A DNA stretch of 59,310 bases from a virus (lineage: Duplodnaviria; Caudoviricetes): positions 1-59,310 of the IMG/VR virus record IMGVR_UViG_3300048834_000244; one strand, 5' to 3'. Both the position numbers and the translations under genes were made by a program. Of this stretch, positions 7,675 to 16,805 are shown in pieces; the first letter of the stretch is position 1; each line of letters starts with the position of its first letter. The notes beneath the pieces were generated by a model. It had not been told where the DNA came from, ran no database searches, and was given only the letters and a program-made list of their open reading frames with translations.

Positions 7675-8273
7675 CCGGATACAAACCATGCTCAATAACT
7701 GGCTGCAACGGGAACGCGAACTATTCCGCGAGTGGGAAGCGCGGCTGGTGCAACATGCATTACCGCCGCTGGCAGCGCTATGGTGACACCTCATTCCGCG
7801 TCCGTCCCCCAAACGGAGAAGTGAGGCTATACTTCAAAACAGTCGTAATTCCCTACTCGGGCGAAACGTGCCTGATATGGCCCTTCGCAAGGAACGAAGC
7901 AGGGTACGGGGTGATAAATCTGCCCGGGGCCTCATCGTCTCTCGTTTCCCGCATTGTCTGCGAGGCAACCCATGGGGAAGCCCCGTCAGATACCCACGAG
8001 GCCGCGCATTCATGCGGCAAGGGTCATGAAGGCTGCGTCAGTCCGAGGCACCTTTCATGGAAAACACCGTCGCAGAACAGCGCTGACAAGCACACCCACG
8101 GAACAACCTCAAAAGGAACTCTGTCTCCTCTTTCCAAGCTTGACGAAGCATCTGTTATTGCGATCCGGCGAATGGCTGGGTCAATGACGCAAGTCGAAAT
8201 AGCGGCTCATTTTGGGGTGGCGCGCACGACAGTCAGCAGCATACTGCACGGTCGAAATTGGTCTTGGCTATGA
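7668..8273 (+). CDS. HNH (His-Me finger) homing endonuclease
   Basis: CSITGC...RGWCNMHY; AAHSCGKGHEGCVSPRHL; C-terminal HTH. Confidence 0.9.
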   Translation: MAAGYKPCSITGCNGNANYSASGKRGWCNMHYRRWQRYGDTSFRVRPPNGEVRLYFKTVVIPYSGETCLIWPFARNEAGYGVINLPGASSSLVSRIVCEATHGEAPSDTHEAAHSCGKGHEGCVSPRHLSWKTPSQNSADKHTHGTTSKGTLSPLSKLDEASVIAIRRMAGSMTQVEIAAHFGVARTTVSSILHGRNWSWL

Positions 8274-8281
8274 CGGCAGGA

Positions 8282-8485
8282 TCATGTCGTCCACCCGAAC
8301 CGCTTGGCAGCCCAATACCAAAGCTCGTTGGCGGCACCTATGACGAACGCCAGTCCCATTTCGATCAGCGAGGCGATTTCAGGATCGGAGGTGAGCGCGT
8401 TGCCGTCCTCTGCCGAGAACACGGCCTTGCCGACGAGAAAGCCGACAAGCAGGCGCAGAATGATGCGGGAGATCGGTCCAAGCAT
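8282..8485 (-). CDS. Putative holin
   Basis: 67 aa, two hydrophobic segments, GGAGG RBS, located between endolysin and spanins. Confidence 0.65.
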   Translation of the reverse strand: MLGPISRIILRLLVGFLVGKAVFSAEDGNALTSDPEIASLIEMGLAFVIGAANELWYWAAKRFGWTT

Positions 8486-8499
8486 GTCAGCCTCCACAT

Positions 8500-8604
8500 T
8501 TGATTTAATCAGTTGATTCTGCTATAAAAAACGAACGCGCCGGATGCTGGACACATCGCGGCGCGCTCTAACCAAGCCAACCTGTAAGGAGGTCGAAATG
8601 GCTG
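8500..8604 (+). promoter_or_regulatory. HNH leader copy 3
   Basis: TTGATT-17-TATAAA; near-identical to 7570-7674. Confidence 0.75.
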
Positions 8605-9308
8605 AGAATCCGATATGCGCAATTCCAGACTGCGGCAAGCCCGTCAAATGCGCGGGCATGTGCTCCATGCACTATGCGCGGAAATGGCGGCACGGCGACG
8701 CGAGTATCGCCAGAGCGAGGCCGCGCGGCATCTGTTCGATGGATGGGTGCTTAAATCTTCATTCCGCTAGAGGACTTTGCAAAACGCACGCCACGCGCCT
8801 CAAAAAGCATGGCGATCCATCTGTGCGTCTTACAAACAAAAACAAGGGGAAGAGGATAAACTTCGTACTAGAAGTTGCGTCGCCTTTCACGGGGGACAAT
8901 TGCCTGCATTGGCCGTTCACGCCCGGCAAACGCGGGTGGGCTCCAAGCATATCCATTCACGGTAAACGACAGGTTGTGACAAGATACCTCTGCGAAGTCC
9001 GTCATGGGCCTGCTCCAACAACAGCGCACCAAGCGGCGCATGTGTGCGGTCAAGGGCATCGCGGATGCGTCAACCCCTCCCATTTACAGTGGAAAACCCC
9101 GAGCGAGAACCAACTGGACAAAATTGAACACAACACTCACATACGCGGCACGAGATCCCCTACAGCCAAGATTGACGAAGCGATGGTTATTCGTGTCAGA
9201 TCGCTTCTTGGAACGATGAATTGCAGAGAAATTGCCCGGCGATTGGGAATCAGCTGGAACATAGTCTATGCGATTAAGGATCGTAGGACATGGGGCTGGC
9301 TAGAATAG
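8598..9308 (+). CDS. HNH (His-Me finger) homing endonuclease with duplicated N-terminal Zn motif
   Basis: Two C-x4-C...CxxH..HGD repeats; AAHVCGQGHRGCVNPSHL; HTH. Confidence 0.9.
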   Translation: MAENPICAIPDCGKPVKCAGMCSMHYARKWRHGDASIARARPRGICSMDGCLNLHSARGLCKTHATRLKKHGDPSVRLTNKNKGKRINFVLEVASPFTGDNCLHWPFTPGKRGWAPSISIHGKRQVVTRYLCEVRHGPAPTTAHQAAHVCGQGHRGCVNPSHLQWKTPSENQLDKIEHNTHIRGTRSPTAKIDEAMVIRVRSLLGTMNCREIARRLGISWNIVYAIKDRRTWGWLE

Positions 9309-10085
9309 CCAAGCCCACGCATGATTCCAAACATCCGTCAGCCACAGCCATGCCCCAAGCAGCGCGGCGATGATGAGCGCCCAGATGCCCTTGGCGCGGC
9401 CTGCGGGCGGCGTAGGAGTGATCGTCGGCTCCGGCGGCACCGGAATGGGCGCGGCGGGCTTGGGCGGCTCCACGGGCTCGGCAGGGGCCTTGGGCGCGTC
9501 GGCCTTCGCCCATTTCGCGTAGGCGCGCGCCATCTTCGTGTCGTAGGCGTTCTGCTTGTAACCCGGCCCGTTGTAGGCTCGGGCGAACTTCGCCCAATCC
9601 TTCCTGCGCAGATGGCCGGCGAGGTCGTTCTTCTCGATGAAGCGCGCCATGACCTCGATCTGGCCCGCCACAGACGAGCGGCACTCGTTCACCAGTTCCG
9701 TCACGGACCCGTAGCCGAGCGCCTTCCAATGCGCGCCCATGACCTGCCCCAAGCCCCATGACACGCTTTCCAGAGCAGCGGTCGAGTTGATCGCGATGGC
9801 CCGGTTGAGCAGCTTCCAGCGGTCTTCCTGCTTGGAGGGGTTCTTCACCGCACCAGCAGTCGGGCTGGACAGGCCTTCGGCCCTTGCCTTCTTGCGCTGG
9901 GCCGCAGTCAGACGGCGGTCGAAGTAATGGCCCTCGAACCGGATCAACGGCTCGTTCTTGCTGTTCACACGAGCGAATGCCTTGCCCGCGCTCTCGACCT
10001 CCGCAACGGCCAGCAGAGCTGCTGGCTCGACGTTCAGGCGTGCAGCAACCTTTGCCGCTGCGCGCACGGTCGCATCGTCAAACAT
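9300..10085 (-). CDS. Endolysin, N-acetylmuramidase (DUF3380-like) with C-terminal TM anchor
   Basis: AVAEVESAG, IRFEGHYF, SWGLGQVMG and FARAYNGPGY motifs; Pro-rich linker then TM. Confidence 0.92.
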   Translation of the reverse strand: MFDDATVRAAAKVAARLNVEPAALLAVAEVESAGKAFARVNSKNEPLIRFEGHYFDRRLTAAQRKKARAEGLSSPTAGAVKNPSKQEDRWKLLNRAIAINSTAALESVSWGLGQVMGAHWKALGYGSVTELVNECRSSVAGQIEVMARFIEKNDLAGHLRRKDWAKFARAYNGPGYKQNAYDTKMARAYAKWAKADAPKAPAEPVEPPKPAAPIPVPPEPTITPTPPAGRAKGIWALIIAALLGAWLWLTDVWNHAWAWLF

Positions 10086-10245
10086 GACGGTTTCCTTTCA
10101 GGATTGTCGGAGAATTTCGGTCAGTGCAGAGTGAGAGCGCGGACCCACGCATGCCGGCCGCCGTCTTGTTCGCAGGATGGCGGCCAGCGCTTCACGCTTG
10201 CAACAATCCGCCCCGAGGCGCGTTAAGCCGCGAACCGGTGGAGGG

Positions 10246-10539
10246 TTAGATAGGCTCGTCCGGCACGAACATCAGGCCGACCGATGCCAGCACGTCAGAG
10301 CACCATTCCCAAGGCAGCTTGAAATCCTGCGCGGCGGAATAGAGGTTCATCTGCGCGCAGGCCGCAATGGCATCCACCGCCGAGATGATGCCTTCCTCTC
10401 CCCATGCGACACTATCCGGCAGGTTGCCTGCCTTCATGTCCGTCCATAGCAACACATCAGGTTGCGGGCGGTGCTCGTTCCGAGAGCCGTCTACCCTCTC
10501 ACGCCCACACCGCCACCCTGTGCTGCACGTCCTCCGCAC
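10246..10539 (-). CDS. Hypothetical protein (start uncertain)
   Basis: ORF fills the gap in the late operon. Confidence 0.4.
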   Translation of the reverse strand: MRRTCSTGWRCGRERVDGSRNEHRPQPDVLLWTDMKAGNLPDSVAWGEEGIISAVDAIAACAQMNLYSAAQDFKLPWEWCSDVLASVGLMFVPDEPI

Positions 10540-10933
10540 GATAAATCTTGACGCCCGATGTCCCCGCCAGCGCGACAGGCTCGCCGCCCTCCGATGGCGT
10601 CTCCTGCATCAGCCCGAGCAGCGGCAGGATGCCCTCCCATGAGCCGAGAAGCGCGGCCACAGGGCCATAGGCGACGAGGTTGGCGTGATGGCCCGCCACC
10701 ATGACGGCAGGCGTCAGCTCGTTGCCCTCGTCGTCATAGGTCGCCGGCTCCTTGATGACGGGACCGATCTCGTGGTAGCGGATGCCGTCGATCCAGACCA
10801 GCGAGCCGCCGTCGCCGACATGCTCGTCATCCTCCGGCAGGCGACAGATCGGCTGGTCGCCGGGAAGGCGTTGGGCGAGCATCGTCGTGATGAACGTGTC
10901 GCGGTCGGGAGACCAGACCAGATATTCGATCAT
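10499..10933 (-). CDS. Hypothetical protein, probable fibre-associated chaperone
   Basis: ATGA-coupled to the spike/fibre gene; PATYDDEGNELTPAV motif typical of fibre-adjacent genes. Confidence 0.7.
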   Translation of the reverse strand: MIEYLVWSPDRDTFITTMLAQRLPGDQPICRLPEDDEHVGDGGSLVWIDGIRYHEIGPVIKEPATYDDEGNELTPAVMVAGHHANLVAYGPVAALLGSWEGILPLLGLMQETPSEGGEPVALAGTSGVKIYRAEDVQHRVAVWA

Positions 10934-12285
10934 GACGGGGTGCTCCTCGTGACCAGCTCGGCGTTAGGGAGCCGGCGCGGAATGTAGATCAGCGATTTGA
11001 TATGGCCGTTGAGATGGTTGATACCGCTCACCCGACTCCCAATTTCGATACGATCCACCGCCGCTGGCAGAGCCCCGGAAACGTCTGATGGGTGAGAGGG
11101 GACGGCTCCGTCTATACGGGTGGCGAAATCGTTCAGAGCATAGGCAGTACCTATCTTGTAAAATCGATTCGCGACGAACGCTGCTGTGCTGCCGATGTTT
11201 GCCTGCAGAACTCCCCCCATATAATAATCACATCTAGCCGTCCCCGCTGTACCGCCCGGCGATGTCCCCAGTGCCATCTCCGGCACTCTGTCTTGATTGG
11301 CAGTTGCAGTGTTCCTCACAATGAACACAACGGAATGGGTGGCTGACGCATTGAGACGGGACGCCTCGACCAGCCACGTTCCCTCGGCGAGTTTGATCGG
11401 CGCGCTTGCGGACGGCATCCAGATATTGTCCGCAGCGCGGGTGACGGCGGAGCCGGAGGTCTGGATGTATGAGGTGGGGAAGGTGCCGACTTCCAACTGA
11501 GCACGCACCACCGTCCCTATGATAGTAAGGGTCAAGGCCCCGGCAGTTGGCGTGAATGTCAGCGATACACGGTCATCGTCACCCGTCCCTACCAGTGGAC
11601 CTGCGGTGGATGCGCCAGACAAAGCTATCGAACCCTCGCCCCAAAACGACAGGGTATAAGGTGTGGCGGTAGCGGTAATTATTTGCGTCGTTGGAGCATC
11701 TGAGCCGAGCAGCAAATTCGTCCGCTGCTCTTCCACCAACAGCCCGAGCGCGACGATGATCTTCCAGCTTGAGCAGGTAAAATACCCGCTCGCCGCCCGG
11801 AAATCGACCACGAGGGAGCCGCCCGCATAGGATACAACCCGACCGGCCATCCACTTCGCGATGTCGGAGGCGTCGGAGGCGACGATATCCTGTCCCGCAA
11901 CGTAGGTAACGGCACCTGATGTGGTCAGCGTCTTGCGCACCACGCCGCCATTGCCGACGCCGAGGCTGTTGTCCGAGGATGCCGACGTGTCCAGCGTCGA
12001 CGCATCGTGATCGCAGCGCAGCGTCGTGCCGCTCGCAAGCAGGCCATGCCGGTTCGTGATCCACTTCGTCGACGGCGCGGTATAGGTCAGTTTGCCGTTC
12101 GGATCGCCGCTATAGGGAGACGGGCCGCCCCGCGCGAGGCAGTCCATCGCCACGAAGTCGACGGCAAAGCCGGAAGGCTCGGAGCCGAGATGGTCCAACA
12201 AGTAGCCGGCAGGTGAACGAGCGCCGAAGCGTGTCCCACCCCTCCCCTGCATGGAGAGGGAGAGGCCGAAACGAAGGCCGCTCAT
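10930..12285 (-). CDS. Head spike / fibre protein with LamG-like C-terminal domain
   Basis: GLLVEEQRTNLL and AQLEVGTFPTSYIQTSGSAVTRAAD motifs; HLNGHIKSLIYIPRRL terminus. Confidence 0.75.
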   Translation of the reverse strand: MSGLRFGLSLSMQGRGGTRFGARSPAGYLLDHLGSEPSGFAVDFVAMDCLARGGPSPYSGDPNGKLTYTAPSTKWITNRHGLLASGTTLRCDHDASTLDTSASSDNSLGVGNGGVVRKTLTTSGAVTYVAGQDIVASDASDIAKWMAGRVVSYAGGSLVVDFRAASGYFTCSSWKIIVALGLLVEEQRTNLLLGSDAPTTQIITATATPYTLSFWGEGSIALSGASTAGPLVGTGDDDRVSLTFTPTAGALTLTIIGTVVRAQLEVGTFPTSYIQTSGSAVTRAADNIWMPSASAPIKLAEGTWLVEASRLNASATHSVVFIVRNTATANQDRVPEMALGTSPGGTAGTARCDYYMGGVLQANIGSTAAFVANRFYKIGTAYALNDFATRIDGAVPSHPSDVSGALPAAVDRIEIGSRVSGINHLNGHIKSLIYIPRRLPNAELVTRSTPS

Positions 12286-12599
12286 GCGTCAATCACCGCG
12301 AGTTTTTGGCTATTGGAGGAGACGGCGAGGTCCAGCCGGTCGCCGTCATGCAGATACCAGTGGAAGTCGCTGGCCCCAACAGTTGGGTTGTCCCCAAACT
12401 TGATCTTCACGTCCCCGCCGCTCACCCTCAGGCACCAGAATGCCCCGAATGAACCCTGCGCACCCGATATCGTCGCCTGCTGCGATGAGCCGCTTGTGGT
12501 TATCACCTCCGCGCCAAAGCTCTCAGCACTCGGGACAGGGCTCTTGTAACCCTGCTGAGGATTGTAAATTTGCGCGATGACTACACTGAGTGTTGCCAT
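12282..12599 (-). CDS. Small virion protein (spike base-like)
   Basis: Beta-rich 105 aa ORF coupled to the fibre gene. Confidence 0.65.
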   Translation of the reverse strand: MATLSVVIAQIYNPQQGYKSPVPSAESFGAEVITTSGSSQQATISGAQGSFGAFWCLRVSGGDVKIKFGDNPTVGASDFHWYLHDGDRLDLAVSSNSQKLAVIDA

Positions 12600-12689
12600 G
12601 GTTCATGCTCCGATTGTGATGTGAATGAGGCTCAGTTATTCCCGGCGTGATCCCTGTCCGCCCCGGCAGGCCCGCCGCGAGAACCGGAC

Positions 12690-13850
12690 TTAGCGACGGC
12701 GCACGATCTGCAGTTCGTCGGGAACGTCCTGCGTCTCCCAAGGCGGGGTGGCGCGGCGCTGGTCCGGGGTCATGTTCATGCGCTTCTGGACATTGCGAGC
12801 TTCAACTTCACCCGCAAGGTTGCGATACAGCTTGAATTGCGAGAAGTCGTCCTTTGCGCGGGCGATTGCCTCCTTAAGCTTCATCCCCTGCGCCATGTAC
12901 TCGGTAACTCGGTTGTTATACTCGTCCTGCAGATCGATGATTGACGGCATTGTGGCGGGATTGCCTCCAACGGCGAAGCCTTCCGCGCCCTGCACACCGT
13001 GCTGTAGCTCGTGAAGCATGATGCCGCGAACGCTTCGTGGCTCGCCTTCCAGTGAGTTGGATTGGATGCTGATGGCAGGGCGACCACCATTGCCAGCCGG
13101 GTGCGCGAATGCGCCACTTGGTGCGGTAAGCTCAACATTGTGTCGTGCGTCTACATCTACCAGCCGGAGGTCAGGATAGGCTTCATAGAGTGCGCTGTGC
13201 TGCAAGACGCCGGGCGCAGTTCTCTGGGTCGCCCCGTATGTGCCGCCACCGCTTGCCATAAGTTCATCGGTGGCCTTCGGCGTCAGTTTCGACCCGCTGT
13301 CATCGATCTCAAACCGCCACTTGTCGTCCGGTCCCTTGAACCAGCCCGTCTCGCTCCAAATAGCGCCCCGATCCGCGCCCTTGGCCGCCATGTCCTGCGC
13401 TCTTTCGAGAAGGAACTTGTCAGCGGTCTTTGCCCCCACTCCTCCGAATATGGCTTTCAGCACTCCGCCCGCTATATCTCCGCCAACCGGAAGCAATCCG
13501 GCTGCCGTAGCGCCGCCATTCACGGCTGCGTCGAGGTAGTTCCCTGCATTGAAGGCGCGCGAGGTATCATCCACGCCCACCGCCTCGCCAAGGCCCGGAA
13601 TGAAATCGAGCCCGATCATTGCCTCATCACGAATGCGGTTGCGGATACCGCCCAAGCCACCCAGTCCACCCGCTGCGTCATAGATGACGTTGCCGATCTG
13701 CTCGCGTAGCGACGGCTCATAGCCGCGCATCTGAGGCCCGGCATTGGCCGCAGCCAGCATCAACAGTTCCTCCCCGCCAAGAGGTGTCAGGACGGGATCG
13801 TAGCCGCCGAGGCTGCCCAGCCCGCCAACTTTTCGCGCTTGCTTGGCCAT
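12690..13850 (-). CDS. LPD23-like (large polyvalent protein domain) protein with HExxH motif
   Basis: TGWFKGPDDKWRFEIDDS, HELQH and YRNLAGEVEARNVQKR motifs. Confidence 0.75.
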   Translation of the reverse strand: MAKQARKVGGLGSLGGYDPVLTPLGGEELLMLAAANAGPQMRGYEPSLREQIGNVIYDAAGGLGGLGGIRNRIRDEAMIGLDFIPGLGEAVGVDDTSRAFNAGNYLDAAVNGGATAAGLLPVGGDIAGGVLKAIFGGVGAKTADKFLLERAQDMAAKGADRGAIWSETGWFKGPDDKWRFEIDDSGSKLTPKATDELMASGGGTYGATQRTAPGVLQHSALYEAYPDLRLVDVDARHNVELTAPSGAFAHPAGNGGRPAISIQSNSLEGEPRSVRGIMLHELQHGVQGAEGFAVGGNPATMPSIIDLQDEYNNRVTEYMAQGMKLKEAIARAKDDFSQFKLYRNLAGEVEARNVQKRMNMTPDQRRATPPWETQDVPDELQIVRRR

Positions 13851-15605
13851 TTAGCGATTCCCTGCGTGATCTCGGTCGGCTCCGGGCGGGCCGCCGCGAG
13901 AACTTGAAGACCCGCCGCCACGGCTGCCGGACGAACCGCCACCGCCGTTGCTGCTATTACCGCCACCAAACAGGCCGGACAGGAAGCCGCCCAAACCGCC
14001 GAGCCCGCCTGATTTCTGCCCCGACTGCTGCCCGCCCATCTTGTTGCCGACCAGTCCGCCGACAATAGCGCCGGGCATACCTGCAATCGCCCCGCCGACG
14101 ACGCTGCCGATCATGCCGGGCGTCACATGGTCCATGGCTTTGTCGAAGGCGTTGCCTATGCCTTTCCCGAGCCCGCTGAGGTTGCCCATCTGGCGGCCGG
14201 AGGGATCAGTGACGGTCGTTGCGCCAAACTGGTTCGTCACGCTGATATTGCCCGTCACAGGATCGCGCGACACCGTTGCGCCATTGGAAGCAACGCCAGT
14301 GGTTGCGCGGCCGGCGTAGACGTCTGCTGCCGTCGCCATGGGCGGTTGAGACGGGCGCACCGAGGCAGTGGTCTGAGGGCTGACGGGCTGCTTCGCAACC
14401 GGCGTCACCATGGGCTGGACGGTCGGGGTCTTGACCGCCGGCGGCACGACCGATGGAATCGTGGGCATGGTCGGCATCGACAAAGGACGGGCCTTCATCG
14501 TGTTCTTCATGTCCGTCATAGCGTTGAAGTCGGTCGGCATCGCGGTGAACGACGAGAACGGGCCGGCGGGAGCCATGGATGTGCTCGGCAGCAAGCCCAT
14601 GGTGGAAGGAGCAACGGAAACCGTGCTCGTCCTGCTTGTCGGAATGCCAGCTTCCGCGAAGGCTTGAGACAGCGGGCTCGACAGCGCCTGCGTCTGCGCC
14701 GCAGCCATCGGCGTGGAGTTCGAGGCGTTGACCGTGGAGGACAACCGCCCTGTCGTCGGAGTGCTCGTCATCTGTGCCGGGCCGAACCGGTCTGGATCGA
14801 TGGCCGCCTTTGCCGCCATGCCGCCGAGACCTCCCAGGCTGCCGCTTTTGGCTTCAGGTGCATACCCGAACCGTTCCGCCGATGGCTGAGAAAAAGACGC
14901 GACCGACGCCGCAGGTGAGATGTCCACCGGGCCGAAGCGAGCGGGGTCGATATTCGGGCTCGGTCTCGAAATGGACGCCAGCGAAGCCGCCGGGGATATC
15001 TGCGTCGGCCCGAACCGCGAGGGGTCAGGCGCGGCAAATGAGGGCGCAACTGGTCCAGCGTCGAACGCCATCAGCGCGCCGATGTCATCCGAGGGGCGCG
15101 GCGTCGGCGTGACAGACAAGCTGCGATTGGCGAGATCGGTGACGGACTTCGGGTTGACCTTCTGACCGTTCTTGTCGATCACTTCGAAGTGCAGATGCGG
15201 GCCGGTCGATTTGCCTGTCGAACCAACTTTGCCGACTGGCGTTCCAGTCGCGACCTGATCGCCGACTTTGACGTTCAGGCTCTGGAGATGGCCATATCTG
15301 GTTTTGGAGCCATCTGCATGCGTCACCTCCACCATATTGCCATAGCCGCCAGCACGGCCAGCGAAGGTGACAGTGCCGCCTGCCGCTGCCTCAGCCGCAT
15401 ATCCACCGCCAGCTCCTCTGGCCGCGAGATCAATACCTCCATGGTTACGAGAGCCAATGCCCATAGGAGATGAGCGATGACCGAAACCGCTTGTCACCCC
15501 ACTCGGACCAATCGTGCTGACTGGATTCTGGAACGCCATGCCGCCTTTCGCGGCAGGCGCACCAAGACCCGTCAGAACGTCAAAGGGATTGGACAGTGAA
15601 GCCAT
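13851..15605 (-). CDS. M23 peptidase-domain virion/ejection protein with long low-complexity tail
   Basis: HGGID, YGHL and STGPHLHFEV LytM motifs; DPxRFGP repeats; Gly-rich C-terminus. Confidence 0.88.
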   Translation of the reverse strand: MASLSNPFDVLTGLGAPAAKGGMAFQNPVSTIGPSGVTSGFGHRSSPMGIGSRNHGGIDLAARGAGGGYAAEAAAGGTVTFAGRAGGYGNMVEVTHADGSKTRYGHLQSLNVKVGDQVATGTPVGKVGSTGKSTGPHLHFEVIDKNGQKVNPKSVTDLANRSLSVTPTPRPSDDIGALMAFDAGPVAPSFAAPDPSRFGPTQISPAASLASISRPSPNIDPARFGPVDISPAASVASFSQPSAERFGYAPEAKSGSLGGLGGMAAKAAIDPDRFGPAQMTSTPTTGRLSSTVNASNSTPMAAAQTQALSSPLSQAFAEAGIPTSRTSTVSVAPSTMGLLPSTSMAPAGPFSSFTAMPTDFNAMTDMKNTMKARPLSMPTMPTIPSVVPPAVKTPTVQPMVTPVAKQPVSPQTTASVRPSQPPMATAADVYAGRATTGVASNGATVSRDPVTGNISVTNQFGATTVTDPSGRQMGNLSGLGKGIGNAFDKAMDHVTPGMIGSVVGGAIAGMPGAIVGGLVGNKMGGQQSGQKSGGLGGLGGFLSGLFGGGNSSNGGGGSSGSRGGGSSSSRGGPPGADRDHAGNR

Positions 15606-15636
15606 GCGTCACTACCTTGAAGCCGGAGGATGCGAG

Positions 15637-16032
15637 ATGAAAACGTTGGTTCTGGCGGGCCTGCTGGCCCTATCCGTGAGCGCTGCTAATGCTGCGGAGT
15701 GCGCGAAATACGTTCACGAAAGCGATGCCGAACGCTGGCTTGTCACTAACGGAGATCGCTTTCGCTGGAATGGCGCGCCGTATGAGCCTGAGTGGTTTTG
15801 GGTACGAGACGACGAAAATCCGAAAATCGGCGAAGTCGTGAAGGAGATCGGACAGGAGAATGATGCCGATCGTTTCTTCGTTCGGTTCGGCAACCTAGAT
15901 GGCGTAGGCGGCTTGATTTACGATTCCGAGTTCTATCGAAAAACTGAGTGTTCCGCCGAGGATCGCGCGCCTAAAGTGGTACAGCCACTTCCTCAGAAGG
16001 GATTGTTCGATACCCTGCTTTCGGTTGAGTAG
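15637..16032 (+). CDS. Secreted/periplasmic moron protein
   Basis: Signal peptide MKTLVLAGLLALSVSAANA; GGAGGA RBS; antisense to the virion operon. Confidence 0.75.
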   Translation: MKTLVLAGLLALSVSAANAAECAKYVHESDAERWLVTNGDRFRWNGAPYEPEWFWVRDDENPKIGEVVKEIGQENDADRFFVRFGNLDGVGGLIYDSEFYRKTECSAEDRAPKVVQPLPQKGLFDTLLSVE

Positions 16033-16122
16033 AAGGCCGGTCTATGCCTCAATGACAACCTCGAATGGCAACCGTGCGCTTAGGCTGCCGGTGCACTGTT
16101 CATTATTTGAACCGGGGACATA

Positions 16123-16224
16123 GTGCGTCTCATCAATGCAGGGGTTATCGACCGTGCCGATAAAGGCGTAGAGTTCCCCTATGACCGCATTCACTTCGAT
16201 TTTGATGTGCAGGCGGCGGCCTAA
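16123..16224 (+). pseudogene. C-terminal relic of an HVO_A0114-like wHTH regulator/antitoxin
   Basis: RLINAGVIDRADKGVEFPYDRIHFDFDVQAAA resembles the FPYDxIHxDF terminus of this family. Confidence 0.45.
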
Positions 16225-16282
16225 GCCCTGACTCGACTTCTGATCGCGCTTCTGTTCTTCTCCGCGTTGGGCGGAGGGAAAG

Positions 16283-16567
16283 ATGAAAAAGCAGATAGTC
16301 GAGCTTGAGCCTGCGGCGATAAACGAAACGCCTAGGCTATCGCACCTTCAAACGCTCTGGCCGGGCTCACGCGACGACGAAGCAGTAATGCTGCTGCGCG
16401 CAGCGCTGCCAGTTCATGGTTGTCCACCACGTCAATATGTTCGGGCAGAACAAGGGGCCACCATAGTGCAGTTCCCTTTGGGCGAGGAAGAAGTTCGTCA
16501 TCTGGCAGAGCTTCTGAACGAAGCGGTCCAGATACTCGATGCGGATCGGAAAGACCGCGCTCACTGA
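16283..16567 (+). CDS. Hypothetical moron protein
   Basis: GGAGGG RBS, 94 aa. Confidence 0.6.
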   Translation: MKKQIVELEPAAINETPRLSHLQTLWPGSRDDEAVMLLRAALPVHGCPPRQYVRAEQGATIVQFPLGEEEVRHLAELLNEAVQILDADRKDRAH

Positions 16568-16607
16568 CTGCTGACATAAGCTTGCTCCTCGGCTATCCTC
16601 GCCGTGC

Positions 16608-16805
16608 ATGAAAGAAATCGACCCCGAACCACAAAAGCGCCAGCCCTTCTTTGGCTACAACGCCAAGGCGTTCGCGATCCAATTTGCCATTGGGATAGCA
16701 CTATTGATCTTCGTAGCACCGTACATCCGCTCAGGGTTAGAGGCGGCGTTGTGCTCTGGCATCAATTGGTGCGCATCGGAAGCTGCTGAGCCCCACCCCT
16801 CGTGA
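16608..16805 (+). CDS. Small membrane moron protein
   Basis: One TM helix; CTGACA-17-TATCCT promoter just upstream (leaderless). Confidence 0.6.
   Translation: MKEIDPEPQKRQPFFGYNAKAFAIQFAIGIALLIFVAPYIRSGLEAALCSGINWCASEAAEPHPS

Noticed and set aside
7614-8597. Shared N-terminal peptide MLDTSRRALT in two HNH ORFs of the track
   Set aside because: This is the conserved leader read in frame; the true starts are ATG 7668 and 8598 after AAGGAGGT, and leader copy 1 lacks the upstream ATG.
6065-8604. CRISPR array or IscB/HEARO (omega RNA) system
   Set aside because: Repeats are about 100 nt separated by whole genes; no cas genes, RuvC motifs or PLMP N-terminus; the proteins are ordinary homing-type HNH nucleases.
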